DNA of 64,000 bases from IMG/VR virus record IMGVR_UViG_3300045988_107973, one strand, 5' to 3'. The notes under the pieces are model-generated. The model was not told the origin of the DNA and made no database searches. It saw only the letters and a list, made by a program, of their open reading frames with translations. Positions within the stretch are counted from its first letter, which is position 1; each line of letters opens with the position of its first letter. Source of the DNA: a virus. The position numbers and the translations under genes were made by a program. This document shows positions 9,238-17,543 of this stretch, piece by piece.

Positions 9238-10086
9238 ATGAGTGCGCTTGAAAACGAAAAGAAAATCGAAAATACTGTTGCTCTTGATTTTTCTGACTAC
9301 GATTCTTCTAAAGAAGAAAGGCACCAGAAAGTAATCAAAAGGAATTATAACCTGACTCGGATGGAAGCGAATCATGGAACGGTTCAGCCGATTAAGGACA
9401 AAGAAGATATTAAACGTATTTCAGAATATTTCTGGATTAAACGTCAGTACCGCAACTGGTGTTTGTTTAATGTAGGATGTTGCACAGGATTCAGAGCAAG
9501 TGATTTGCTTCGTTTGAAGGTTTCTGATGTAGCAGCTACAGATATGAATGGAAAGGTTGTGGTGAATTTCAACGCAAAACTTCGTGTTAAGGAAAAGAAA
9601 ACAAATAAGTATCGCATTCTTAAAGTTCCGGTCCCGGCACTAAAGTGTATTCAAACTTATATCAATATTGATGGATTGTCTTATGACGATTGGCTCTTCC
9701 CGTCTCGGCAAGGCAGTTGGAAGAACTCCATGAGAACAAACGGTGGAACAAGCGTAAGTAAATCTGATGTGTTCCGTAAGTATGATGCAAATCCAAAAGA
9801 AATGGGCGATCCGCTTGATGTGGATTCTTTTGGTAGAATCATGCGTCAAGTTGGTAAGGAGCTAAATCTTCCTGTCCAGCTTGGTTCTCATAGCTGCCGC
9901 AAAACTTTCGGATATCAGTTTATTGCATCTCGTCCAAATGACATAAAAGCTCTTGCGTGGTTGCAGCATAGTCTAAATCACAGTAGTCAGGCAATTACGC
10001 TTCGCTATATTGGTCTGGATGAAGAAGTGGATGATGAATACTACTCTGGGATTGATTATGGCGTGGACTGCCATGAAAACTCTTGA
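9238..10086 (+). CDS. tyrosine recombinase (short phage-integrase family, ~283 aa)
   Basis: Catalytic-domain signatures GFRASDLLRLK, LGSHSCRKTFGY, ITLRYIG and HxxR...Y. ATG at 9238 after GAGGTG. Confidence 0.65.
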   Translation: MSALENEKKIENTVALDFSDYDSSKEERHQKVIKRNYNLTRMEANHGTVQPIKDKEDIKRISEYFWIKRQYRNWCLFNVGCCTGFRASDLLRLKVSDVAATDMNGKVVVNFNAKLRVKEKKTNKYRILKVPVPALKCIQTYINIDGLSYDDWLFPSRQGSWKNSMRTNGGTSVSKSDVFRKYDANPKEMGDPLDVDSFGRIMRQVGKELNLPVQLGSHSCRKTFGYQFIASRPNDIKALAWLQHSLNHSSQAITLRYIGLDEEVDDEYYSGIDYGVDCHENS

Positions 10087-10094
10087 GGTGTGTT

Positions 10095-10775
10095 ATGGCT
10101 GATACTTATATTAAAATCTGGGATACTTATGAGAGCTACTTTGAGCCCCTTAGTGCTGCTGAGGTGGGGCGTCTAGTACTGGCGATGATGAAATATAAAT
10201 CGTCTGGAATGGAGCCTGAACTCAACGGAAATGAGCGGTATGTGTGGCCTGCTGTAAAGAGAGATTTAATTAAAGATGCCGAATACATCGAAGGTAAGCG
10301 CATTTCTGGAAAAGCTGGCGGTGAAAGCAAGCGTAAGCAAAACGAAGCAAACGCAAGCAAGAGCAAGCTAGAAAAAGAAAAAGAGAAAGAAAAAGATAAG
10401 ATATCGTCTTCGTCTTATGAAGAGACGACAACGACGAAATCTATCGAGGATGTATTTCGAGAGAATATCGGGAAGCTCGGTGCCACAGGAAAGAAGGCTC
10501 TTGATGGATATGTTGAGCGCATGGGCGATGAACTTGTGCTTGCCGTGATTGGAAAGTGTTCTGATCTAGGTGGTAGTAAATGGGCTTATGTGCGAAAAGC
10601 TCTGGATGAAGCGGAATCTTTTGGTTGCAAGACTGCCGATGATTATCGCCGGGTGTGTCCGACTGGTTGTGGTCGCAATACAAGAGTGGATAGACAAGCT
10701 CCCAGTGGAAACGATTGGCTAAAAAACGCAACAAAACGTCGTCCGCTGGTTAAAAGAGAGCTGGAAACAGCATGA
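10095..10775 (+). CDS. DnaD-domain replication initiation / replisome-organizer-like protein
   Basis: C-terminus (ALDGYVERMGDELVLAVIGKC...WAYVRKALDEAESFG) resembles the DnaD/DnaB_2 domain. The N-terminus is replisome-organizer N-domain-like. Confidence 0.45.
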   Translation: MADTYIKIWDTYESYFEPLSAAEVGRLVLAMMKYKSSGMEPELNGNERYVWPAVKRDLIKDAEYIEGKRISGKAGGESKRKQNEANASKSKLEKEKEKEKDKISSSSYEETTTTKSIEDVFRENIGKLGATGKKALDGYVERMGDELVLAVIGKCSDLGGSKWAYVRKALDEAESFGCKTADDYRRVCPTGCGRNTRVDRQAPSGNDWLKNATKRRPLVKRELETA

Positions 10776-10790
10776 ATGGAGGTTTGAATT

Positions 10791-11192
10791 ATGGGGTTGT
10801 TACTTGGTTTGGGTTTGCTTGGAGCAGCGTTTGGTATTGATGCGGTAAAGCAAGCACCGTTCGATAGGGCATATCGCCGTTTGGAAAATGAATGGGGCAC
10901 TTGTACATCGGAAGAGAGTAAGCGGTGTGATGCTTTGAAGTATGCCGTGCAGAACGGTTTATGTTTTGAGAATGAAAAGAAGCCTGTGATTGAGTGGCAG
11001 AAGCTGAGAGATCTTCAGTGGAAGTATCAGCTGGCTGGCATCTCTTGGCCGAGAGAATCTGCGATTCGAGATGTGTGCCGTCTGGCAGCTCGTGATCGTG
11101 GATTTGAGTATAAGGGGTATCTGCGAAACACGTTGACGTTTGGTTATATCACTGATCCGAAAAACATTTGCAAGCTTGGTATTGTAGATTGA
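10791..11192 (+). CDS. hypothetical protein
   Basis: ORF preceded by GGAGG. Confidence 0.4.
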   Translation: MGLLLGLGLLGAAFGIDAVKQAPFDRAYRRLENEWGTCTSEESKRCDALKYAVQNGLCFENEKKPVIEWQKLRDLQWKYQLAGISWPRESAIRDVCRLAARDRGFEYKGYLRNTLTFGYITDPKNICKLGIVD

Positions 11193-11206
11193 AAGGGGAT
11201 TTGAAA

Positions 11207-11512
11207 ATGAATAATAATCGCAGAAAAGCTATTAAGCAGACCATTGATCGCTTTGATTTCATCCGTAAGAAGCTGGAAGAGCTTGTATCGGAGGTCGAAA
11301 GTGTAAAATCAGACGTCGAGAACATCCAGTGGGAAGAAGAAGAGTATCGTGACAACATGCCGGAGAATCTGCAGGGGGGTGAGCGGTATGATAAAGCAGA
11401 TGATGCTTGCACGAATTTGTCTGATGCTGTGGATGCTCTGGAGGATATGATTGGTGCTCTGGATTTTGACTTTGGTGATGTGACCACATCTCTGGAGGAA
11501 GCGATGGAATGA
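11207..11512 (+). CDS. hypothetical acidic coiled-coil protein
   Basis: ATG at 11207 after AAAGGGGA. Confidence 0.4.
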   Translation: MNNNRRKAIKQTIDRFDFIRKKLEELVSEVESVKSDVENIQWEEEEYRDNMPENLQGGERYDKADDACTNLSDAVDALEDMIGALDFDFGDVTTSLEEAME

Positions 11513-11697
11513 TTAACACAACAAACCCATTGAGGAGAAATGCATGGGCTGTGTTCTTGTATAGAGGTAGGCAAGTTTGTTCGTATCTTTTGCGTAATAG
11601 CAATCTTGGGGACAAGGAACGCATGGTAGAACTGCTGGCACGAAGGTACATGACAGAGCCAGAAAATATTGTTGTCGATATTGAATTTAGAGATTGA
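11509..11697 (+). CDS. hypothetical small protein
   Basis: ORF with ATGA overlap. Confidence 0.3.
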   Translation: MINTTNPLRRNAWAVFLYRGRQVCSYLLRNSNLGDKERMVELLARRYMTEPENIVVDIEFRD

Positions 11698-11798
11698 GGT
11701 GATAAAGAATGACCGCGTTTATGATATTTGCTTTGAATGTGGTGTTGATAATGGCAGTGAATAGTAATCCGTTTGCGTTTTGATTAAGAGGTGTGGAT

Positions 11799-11987
11799 AT
11801 GAGTATGTTGCAAGAAGAGTATAATTTGACGGATGAAGCACTTAAACAGTTGCTTTATGATATTCGACATCCGAGTATGGAAGCTGCTATACGTCGTGAA
11901 AAGATGTACAAAACATATTTATCGAATGTAGATGTTGAATATGATGGTGAATCAGAAGTGGTTGATTTTAAAGATTTAGATATTTGA
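11799..11987 (+). CDS. hypothetical small protein
   Basis: ATG at 11799 after AAGAGGTG. Confidence 0.35.
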   Translation: MSMLQEEYNLTDEALKQLLYDIRHPSMEAAIRREKMYKTYLSNVDVEYDGESEVVDFKDLDI

Positions 11988-12001
11988 CTGGAGGTGTAAA
12001 T

Positions 12002-12259
12002 ATGAATATTCTGAGTTTTAATGGAAATGAAAATCCAAAAGGGAGAGATGGTGATGCCGTTGTCAAGTTAAGTTATCAGGAACTGTTTAAGTTAAATAAT
12101 ATTTTGTATCACGCTCAAAAAGGCGGTGAGATAAAGGACGTAGTGGACTTTAATATTCGAAGGAATTTTTACATGGCGCTTAATTTGGTTCAATATGGTA
12201 GTCTGGATTCTGTTTCGCTAGAAATTATGTTAAAACTTTATGAAAACAATAAAACCTAA
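12002..12259 (+). CDS. hypothetical small protein
   Basis: ATG at 12002 after GGAGGTG. Confidence 0.35.
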   Translation: MNILSFNGNENPKGRDGDAVVKLSYQELFKLNNILYHAQKGGEIKDVVDFNIRRNFYMALNLVQYGSLDSVSLEIMLKLYENNKT

Positions 12260-12276
12260 ATTCTTTGAAAGGATAA

Positions 12277-12528
12277 ATGGGAATGGATAGTAAGAAAACA
12301 AAAGAACTGCGGGCTGGTGTTATGAAAGTTGTCAGCTGGTTGGATAATAATTGGCGTTGGATTCATACCAATGATTTTGGAAATGAAGAAAAGGCAATGG
12401 ATTCCGTTGAGATTTACCATACAGTCTTGAATACTGTTGAGATGCTTGGTGGTGATTGGCAGCGTGACGAGAATGGAAAGCATCGGGTGTTTATCGCCGG
12501 AGTTGGTGGAAAGGCAGAGACGGAGTAA
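12277..12528 (+). CDS. hypothetical small protein
   Basis: ORF preceded by AAAGGA. Confidence 0.4.
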   Translation: MGMDSKKTKELRAGVMKVVSWLDNNWRWIHTNDFGNEEKAMDSVEIYHTVLNTVEMLGGDWQRDENGKHRVFIAGVGGKAETE

Positions 12529-12633
12529 AATCCGGGTTCTTATGAGATTGCTGTAAAAAGCTTGACGATAACTGGTTATGCTGTTAAACTTTGCATAATC
12601 ACAGAATGCGCAAGCATGGAATGAGGTGGACTT

Positions 12634-12933
12634 ATGAATTTACAAGGACTTGAAAATAAAAAATGGGACTTTAATAAACAAGAGGAACTAGCTATCTCTT
12701 GGCTATTAAAACATGGCTTTGAGGTGAAATTGAAAAAACAGTATACATCAAAGGATATTTATACGGTAACAAAAGATGGTATTTTAGATGAATTTATCTT
12801 TCCGAATAACCAGAAGAACATGAACGTTCGGGCTTTTATGGAAAGATATGAGAAAAATTTTGAAACAAAGAAAGAACTCATAAAATTAAGAGCAGAGGCA
12901 TCGGCTAATGGTTTGATTAAAGAACGTAGTTGA
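12634..12933 (+). CDS. hypothetical protein
   Basis: ORF after GAGGTGGA. A TTGACG-N17-TAAACT promoter-like sequence lies at about 12566-12600. Confidence 0.4.
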   Translation: MNLQGLENKKWDFNKQEELAISWLLKHGFEVKLKKQYTSKDIYTVTKDGILDEFIFPNNQKNMNVRAFMERYEKNFETKKELIKLRAEASANGLIKERS

Positions 12934-12966
12934 TGTGATAAAAGTTAAGATTTAGGAGGATGTGTT

Positions 12967-13140
12967 ATGGAAGATAATACGAAGGAATTTGCAAGAGCTA
13001 TTGATACTGTAAATAAATTTTTGGATTGTGGAGCAATTGTTTTTGTCAAAGTAAAAGGAAATGAAAAATTGGTAAGACTTGAACAGATTGATATGTGTGC
13101 GCCATTATCATGCCGTTTTAAAAATTCTGATAAGAGCTGA
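12967..13140 (+). CDS. hypothetical small protein (58 aa; below the ORF-track cutoff)
   Basis: ATG after the conserved AGATTTAGGAGG leader shared with the next four genes. Confidence 0.3.
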   Translation: MEDNTKEFARAIDTVNKFLDCGAIVFVKVKGNEKLVRLEQIDMCAPLSCRFKNSDKS

Positions 13141-13159
13141 GATTTAAGGAGATTGTAGG

Positions 13160-13435
13160 ATGGTTAAATTGAATAAGTGCCCATTTTGTGGGCATGAAGC
13201 GATTTCCATTAGTGTGTACGATGTTGACGAAAAGTGGAAAGGTTCGCTCGGATGTGATTTTGAGAAAGACCCGGATTACGGTATGGCATTGTATGCCTTA
13301 CATCACGAAGAATGGATGAGCTGCATTCTTCGCTGTGATGACCAAGAAGAAGCACTTGGCGGGTTGTTTTTCAATTCTGCTAAAGAGGCTGAAAAGTATT
13401 GGAATGAAAAGACTGCAATGCTTGACAAAAGCTGA
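13160..13435 (+). CDS. Lar-family restriction alleviation-like protein, copy 1
   Basis: N-terminus LNKCPFCGHEA matches the Lar-family signature K/xPCPFCG. Confidence 0.5.
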   Translation: MVKLNKCPFCGHEAISISVYDVDEKWKGSLGCDFEKDPDYGMALYALHHEEWMSCILRCDDQEEALGGLFFNSAKEAEKYWNEKTAMLDKS

Positions 13436-13454
13436 GATTTAGGGAGACATAGTT

Positions 13455-13685
13455 ATGAGTGAATATAAATTAAAGCCGTGTCCTTTTTGTGGTGGAGAAG
13501 TTACCGTTGCAGAGGGCAGTTATCGCCAAACACGATGGATGTATGTTACGAGAGGAAACAAAGAAAATAGGTGCAACTGCCATGTTTTCATGGAAAGCAA
13601 AACTTACTACTTTGATTCCTCTGAAAAAGACAAGGAAAGAATCAAAGCCGACCTTATCGAAGCGTGGAATAAGCGAGTCGAATAA
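13455..13685 (+). CDS. Lar-family restriction alleviation-like protein, copy 2
   Basis: N-terminus MSEYKLKPCPFCGGEV is the canonical Lar-like start. Confidence 0.55.
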   Translation: MSEYKLKPCPFCGGEVTVAEGSYRQTRWMYVTRGNKENRCNCHVFMESKTYYFDSSEKDKERIKADLIEAWNKRVE

Positions 13686-13712
13686 AAACTAAGATTTAAG
13701 GAGAGATACATT

Positions 13713-13910
13713 ATGAAAAAATTCGTTGCTCTTTTTGAAGGTTGGAACGATAAGCATGACCATGAGTGTATGTGCTATGTTGTTGATGTAGATGATGACT
13801 TTGAAAGTATTTTGAGTATTGAAGAACAGGCAGAAAAGATGGCTCGAAGCGAATATCCTAATCTGAAAAATTTTGAGACGCTTTACATCAAAGAACTGCT
13901 TAACAGATAA
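13713..13910 (+). CDS. hypothetical small protein
   Basis: ORF after the conserved AGATTTAAGGAG leader. Confidence 0.35.
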   Translation: MKKFVALFEGWNDKHDHECMCYVVDVDDDFESILSIEEQAEKMARSEYPNLKNFETLYIKELLNR

Positions 13911-13936
13911 GAATTAAGATTTAGGAGGAAATAGTT

Positions 13937-14713
13937 ATGCCGAGAAGGAAAACAGTAGAAGCACTGCAATTAACGCCGAAAGAAATAGCTCGGAAGTCGC
14001 CTACTTTTATGGAGCTTCCTGAGATGGTAAGCCGTGCTGGTGAGCCTACATACTATTATGATGTGGGAGATGCTGTAGAGATTGGTCATCTTAGCGGATG
14101 CAAGATTGATGAAGTCTGCGACGGTGGTTTATATTACGGTGTTTCTTACGATGATGGATATAGGTACGAAACGTGGTTTAACATTCGTAAAGCAGGTGTT
14201 GAGAAGAAATCTCAACTGACAGAGAATGAAGATATTAAGATTTCTTACTCAAACGTGACCATTGAATCCTTGCTCCACAGGTATTACTTTTTTGGCATCA
14301 ACTGCAATCCGAGTTATCAACGCGGATCTGTGTGGACGGATGATGACCGTGAACTGCTTTTTGAGACAATTTTTATGGGTGGTGAAATCGGTCGATTTGT
14401 TCTAAAAAACATTGACATGGACGAATGGCATGAAAATCAGAACTACCTTTATGAAATCATTGACGGTAAGCAGAGACTTCTGACACTTGCTGCGTTCTAC
14501 GAAGATCGGTTCCGTTATAAAGGATATCTGTACAGTGAACTCTCTAAGAAGGATAAGAGAACCTTTGATGAGACTGCAATTGCTATCGCGGATTTGCGGA
14601 ATCTTTCTAAGAAGGATACGTTGCGTGTGTTCTTGCTTCTGAATCGTGGTGGCAAGGTCGTTTCCAATGCTGTGCTTGACCATGCAAAAGAGCTTCTGAA
14701 CGAAATGGAGTGA
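13937..14713 (+). CDS. DUF262 (ParB/Srx-like, GmrSD N-domain-type) protein
   Basis: Product contains NPSYQRGSVW...LLFETIFMGGEIGRFVL...YEIIDGKQRLLTL, the DUF262 signature (DGQQR-type). Confidence 0.6.
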   Translation: MPRRKTVEALQLTPKEIARKSPTFMELPEMVSRAGEPTYYYDVGDAVEIGHLSGCKIDEVCDGGLYYGVSYDDGYRYETWFNIRKAGVEKKSQLTENEDIKISYSNVTIESLLHRYYFFGINCNPSYQRGSVWTDDDRELLFETIFMGGEIGRFVLKNIDMDEWHENQNYLYEIIDGKQRLLTLAAFYEDRFRYKGYLYSELSKKDKRTFDETAIAIADLRNLSKKDTLRVFLLLNRGGKVVSNAVLDHAKELLNEME

Positions 14714-14719
14714 GTGAAT

Positions 14720-14875
14720 ATGAGTAGTGTACTTATTTATCGAAAAGTAGCTAAGAAGGTGGAGTTTATCTTCGAGCATCCTGGTAAGGTCTATTCGGTG
14801 TATTTGAAGGCTGGCGGAGATGTCGTTTGGCTGCAAAGTGAAATTGAACTGTATGAATTTTTGCGCAGCTTATAA
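14720..14875 (+). CDS. hypothetical small protein (51 aa)
   Basis: ATG after GGAGTGAG. Not in the ORF track because it is under 60 aa. Confidence 0.25.
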   Translation: MSSVLIYRKVAKKVEFIFEHPGKVYSVYLKAGGDVVWLQSEIELYEFLRSL

Positions 14876-14896
14876 AACCAATATTTTTGAAGGGAA

Positions 14897-15523
14897 GTGA
14901 TTTTTATTAACTCTAATTTGTTAATAAATCGTGAGCAAAGTGTTGCCATCGTGTGTATAATGTGCTTGCTGGCAGGGAATCTGGTATCGAAGATCAGCCC
15001 GGTAATTCAAAATCAGAGCAATTCGTACCTTTATAATAGTAGTCCTCCGGCAGTAAGTGTTGTGCAGCAAGAGGAAAAGGAACCAGAAGTCATCGTAAAA
15101 ACTGTTATCGAGACGCGTGTGGTAAACTTCAGTCAGGGAAAGCGCGAACTCACTAATGATGAGCGTGCTCTTGCGGAGCAGATCGTTGCTTGTGAAGCAG
15201 GTGCTGATAGCCTAGAAGGTCAGATGGCTGTGGCTCAATGTCTTTATGATTCTGCTGTACTTGATGGTCTAACCATCCAGCAGGTCTTTAAGAAGTATGG
15301 TTATAGTTCCTTATATAATAGGAAGGTGACGGCAGAGAACGAATTGGCTGTGTCTATGGTGTTTGATTACGGCGCTAAAATTTCAAACAAACCAATTCAA
15401 TGGTTTGTGACCCCGGCGGCAGCTTCCGGCAGTTGGCACGAGCGCGGAGCAACGTTCGCTGGACAATTTGGCGCACATAGGTTCTATTACAACGCGGAAC
15501 TGGTTGTGGATGATGCCGAGTGA
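14897..15523 (+). CDS. SleB/Hydrolase_2-like cell wall hydrolase with N-terminal hydrophobic anchor
   Basis: Product contains ERALAEQIVACEAGADSLEGQMAVAQCLYDS, the SleB-type signature, with a TM-like N-terminus. The start codon is uncertain (GTG 14897 or ATG 14960). Confidence 0.5.
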   Translation: MIFINSNLLINREQSVAIVCIMCLLAGNLVSKISPVIQNQSNSYLYNSSPPAVSVVQQEEKEPEVIVKTVIETRVVNFSQGKRELTNDERALAEQIVACEAGADSLEGQMAVAQCLYDSAVLDGLTIQQVFKKYGYSSLYNRKVTAENELAVSMVFDYGAKISNKPIQWFVTPAAASGSWHERGATFAGQFGAHRFYYNAELVVDDAE

Positions 15524-15577
15524 ATGGCATCATCTAAAATTTTAAACTTTTACAACAACAAAAAGATGTATAATATA

Positions 15578-15605
15578 TTGACCAAAACAAAAAGATGTGT
15601 ATAAT
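15578..15605 (+). promoter_or_regulatory. sigma70-like promoter (TTGACC-N16-TGTGTATAAT) within a duplicated 20-bp element
   Basis: TTGACC 15578-83 and TATAAT 15600-05 with a TGn extended -10. The element aaaaagatgt(g)tataatata occurs twice, at about 15559-15580 and 15586-15608. Confidence 0.45.
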
Positions 15606-15647
15606 ATATCTTGAAAGTTGTCTAAATGAGTGGAGGGCGGTGTTTTA

Positions 15648-15974
15648 ATGCGTGAGAGAAATGTTCTGAAGGTCATACGAGTTGATGACTTTTTAAAGTA
15701 CATAAGAAAAAAGAGAGTGTGGGTTTGTTTTATTTGCAATGGTGTAGATGTTCACATGGTCTGTAACAAAATGAACGATGTTGGAGCAGAGACACATGGG
15801 ATCGTTAAAGGCATTGGCTTCTTCGGAAACGAAAGTCATATTGAGCTGCGGCAAGAATGCCACGAAGTAAGGAGGATTGAGCTTAGACCGGGCGATAAAG
15901 AGAAAGCGTATGAGATGATCTTCGATAACACAAGCGTGTTCGTATCAGAGAACCCCGAGTTGTACGGGCACTAA
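15648..15974 (+). CDS. hypothetical protein
   Basis: ATG at 15648 after GGAGGG. Lies downstream of the tandem promoter element. Confidence 0.35.
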   Translation: MRERNVLKVIRVDDFLKYIRKKRVWVCFICNGVDVHMVCNKMNDVGAETHGIVKGIGFFGNESHIELRQECHEVRRIELRPGDKEKAYEMIFDNTSVFVSENPELYGH

Positions 15975-15992
15975 AAATATTTAAAAAACCTC

Positions 15993-16021
15993 TTGACTTC
16001 TGCAAGGGTATCCTGTATAAT
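15993..16021 (+). promoter_or_regulatory. strong sigma70-like promoter (TTGACT-N17-TATAAT) containing an inverted GTATCCTGT motif
   Basis: TTGACT 15993-98, 17-nt spacer, TATAAT 16016-21. GTATCCTGT lies inside the spacer. Confidence 0.55.
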
Positions 16022-16064
16022 ATAGCTATGGAACGGAGCTACACTATTATAGAGGAGAAAGACT

Positions 16065-16484
16065 ATGGATAGTAATATTGACCCAAAGGTCGGAGAGGTT
16101 TGGTTGGTTGATCTATCCAATGCGACAGGTCACCAGCAGCGCGGTATTCGACCGTTTGTTGTGACGAGCAACAACAAGCGCAACTTCTTCAGTCCCACAA
16201 TCAAAGGGAATCCGTTGTCTTCCAGAATATACAAGCGTTCTCCGGTTCATGTCCTGCTCTCAAAGGAAGATTGCGATTTTCTGGATGTTGACAGTATCGT
16301 TCTTTGTGAAGAGACCGATACACTTAACAAAGGACAGTTCATCAAGAAACTTGGTGTCTTATCGGAGCGTCAGATGAATATGATCGCAATGGCAAGATGC
16401 AAGGATGAACCGTTCTTACTCGCAGCATTCCTGAGCGGCGTACAACATACTATGGAATTTCAGAATTTTGCCGCATTTGCTTGA
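16065..16484 (+). CDS. MazF/PemK-family toxin-like endoribonuclease homolog (solo)
   Basis: N-terminus VGEVWLVDLSNATGHQQRGIRPFVVTS fits the MazF/PemK consensus (G-x-[IV]-x-x-V-D-[FL]...G-x-E-Q-x-G-x-RP-x-VV[VI]S). C-terminus is extended to 139 aa. RBS GAGGAG. Confidence 0.55.
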   Translation: MDSNIDPKVGEVWLVDLSNATGHQQRGIRPFVVTSNNKRNFFSPTIKGNPLSSRIYKRSPVHVLLSKEDCDFLDVDSIVLCEETDTLNKGQFIKKLGVLSERQMNMIAMARCKDEPFLLAAFLSGVQHTMEFQNFAAFA

Positions 16485-16537
16485 TTTTTTATAAGGGTTA
16501 ATGGTACACTACATATAATAAGAAGGAGTGTGCCACT

Positions 16538-17464
16538 ATGCTTACTGAAGAGAAAATCAACGCTTTTGCCGAAAAGTATTCTGATAGAAGCGGTGAGTTT
16601 GTTATATCGACACTTAACCATGTTATGGATTACGAGGCCGAGCGTGGGTATGAGTTGTTTGACTTCACAAAAGATGATTTTGTAAAGATGTTTGCCAAAT
16701 ACAATTGGGTGAATTCAAGTCGGTCGTTCAGAAATGTAAAGTCAATAATTACAGGTTACATCAAAAGTGAGTATCGAGCGAGCATGTATGACTTAGCTGA
16801 ATTCTCGGAGAGCGACGTGAGTTCAGACAATATGTACGAGGACAAGTATTTTGCGTCAGCTGATGAGTTTGTTGATTTCTTGGACAAGTATGAAGAACCA
16901 TATCAGATTCGTATGAACGTGATTGCCGTGCTGTACTGGATTGGTCTTACTTCCGAAGAGGTTTCTAATCTGACAATTAACGATGTTGATTTTGAATCAT
17001 GTACTGTTCTGAATAAGACCGGTGTTGACGCGAGATTGATGAATATCATTAAGCAGTGTTATGAAATGAAACAATACGATGCTCCAAATATGGGAGGATA
17101 CAGAACGTTTTATGTCATAAATGGTGATTACATTCTTCGCAAAACAGAGGATAGAACTGGTGCAGACAGTGACTCAAGAATGTCTACAAATACGATTCAT
17201 AGTTATTTCACGCGCTTGAATGATATTCTCGAAAGAAGATATCATTCAAAGGCTTTAGACCGAAGACATCTGACCAGAAACGGCGAGTATGTCAAGGTTT
17301 ATAACTACTGTAAAACTCATCCAGAATTTAATCTTGCAGAACTTAGTTTCGGAAATGGTAAAGATCCTCTTGCGGACATTATCGGAAGAAAGTGCAGCAA
17401 GGTTGCCTACATTAGTTTCCGGCAAGGATACAAGGGCTGGATCGAATACTTCCACAAAAATTAA
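16538..17464 (+). CDS. hypothetical protein with a degenerate tyrosine-recombinase-like central segment
   Basis: IRMNVIAVLYWIGLTSEEVSNLTINDVDF resembles the start of an integrase catalytic domain, but the catalytic Arg is replaced by Thr. Downstream motifs are unclear. Confidence 0.4.
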   Translation: MLTEEKINAFAEKYSDRSGEFVISTLNHVMDYEAERGYELFDFTKDDFVKMFAKYNWVNSSRSFRNVKSIITGYIKSEYRASMYDLAEFSESDVSSDNMYEDKYFASADEFVDFLDKYEEPYQIRMNVIAVLYWIGLTSEEVSNLTINDVDFESCTVLNKTGVDARLMNIIKQCYEMKQYDAPNMGGYRTFYVINGDYILRKTEDRTGADSDSRMSTNTIHSYFTRLNDILERRYHSKALDRRHLTRNGEYVKVYNYCKTHPEFNLAELSFGNGKDPLADIIGRKCSKVAYISFRQGYKGWIEYFHKN

Positions 17465-17468
17465 AAAC

Positions 17469-17492
17469 AGGGGGCTTCAGCCCCTTGATTTT
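17469..17492 (+). terminator. rho-independent terminator-like hairpin
   Basis: aGGGGGCttcaGCCCCtt followed by gatttt, immediately after the 16538..17464 stop. Confidence 0.5.
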
Positions 17493-17511
17493 AACATTGT
17501 AACTATATAAC

Positions 17512-17520
17512 ACAGGATAC
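17512..17520 (+). promoter_or_regulatory. conserved motif AACTATATAACACAGGATAC (copy upstream of 17544 gene)
   Basis: Exact 20-mer shared with 42241-42260; the 9-mer core recurs five times in direct orientation. Confidence 0.5.
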
Positions 17521-17543
17521 AGAAAATAGTATTTGAATGGAGA

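Noticed and set aside
11709-11783. 24-aa hydrophobic micro-ORF (MTAFMIFALNVVLIMAVNSNPFAF)
   Set aside because: Too short and lacks an RBS. Could be a leader peptide but cannot be supported from sequence alone.
16538-17464. Calling the 308-aa protein an integrase
   Set aside because: Only the segment around the first catalytic Arg is integrase-like, and that Arg is replaced by Thr. The HxxR and Tyr motifs could not be located, so it is reported as hypothetical with a degenerate recombinase-like segment.
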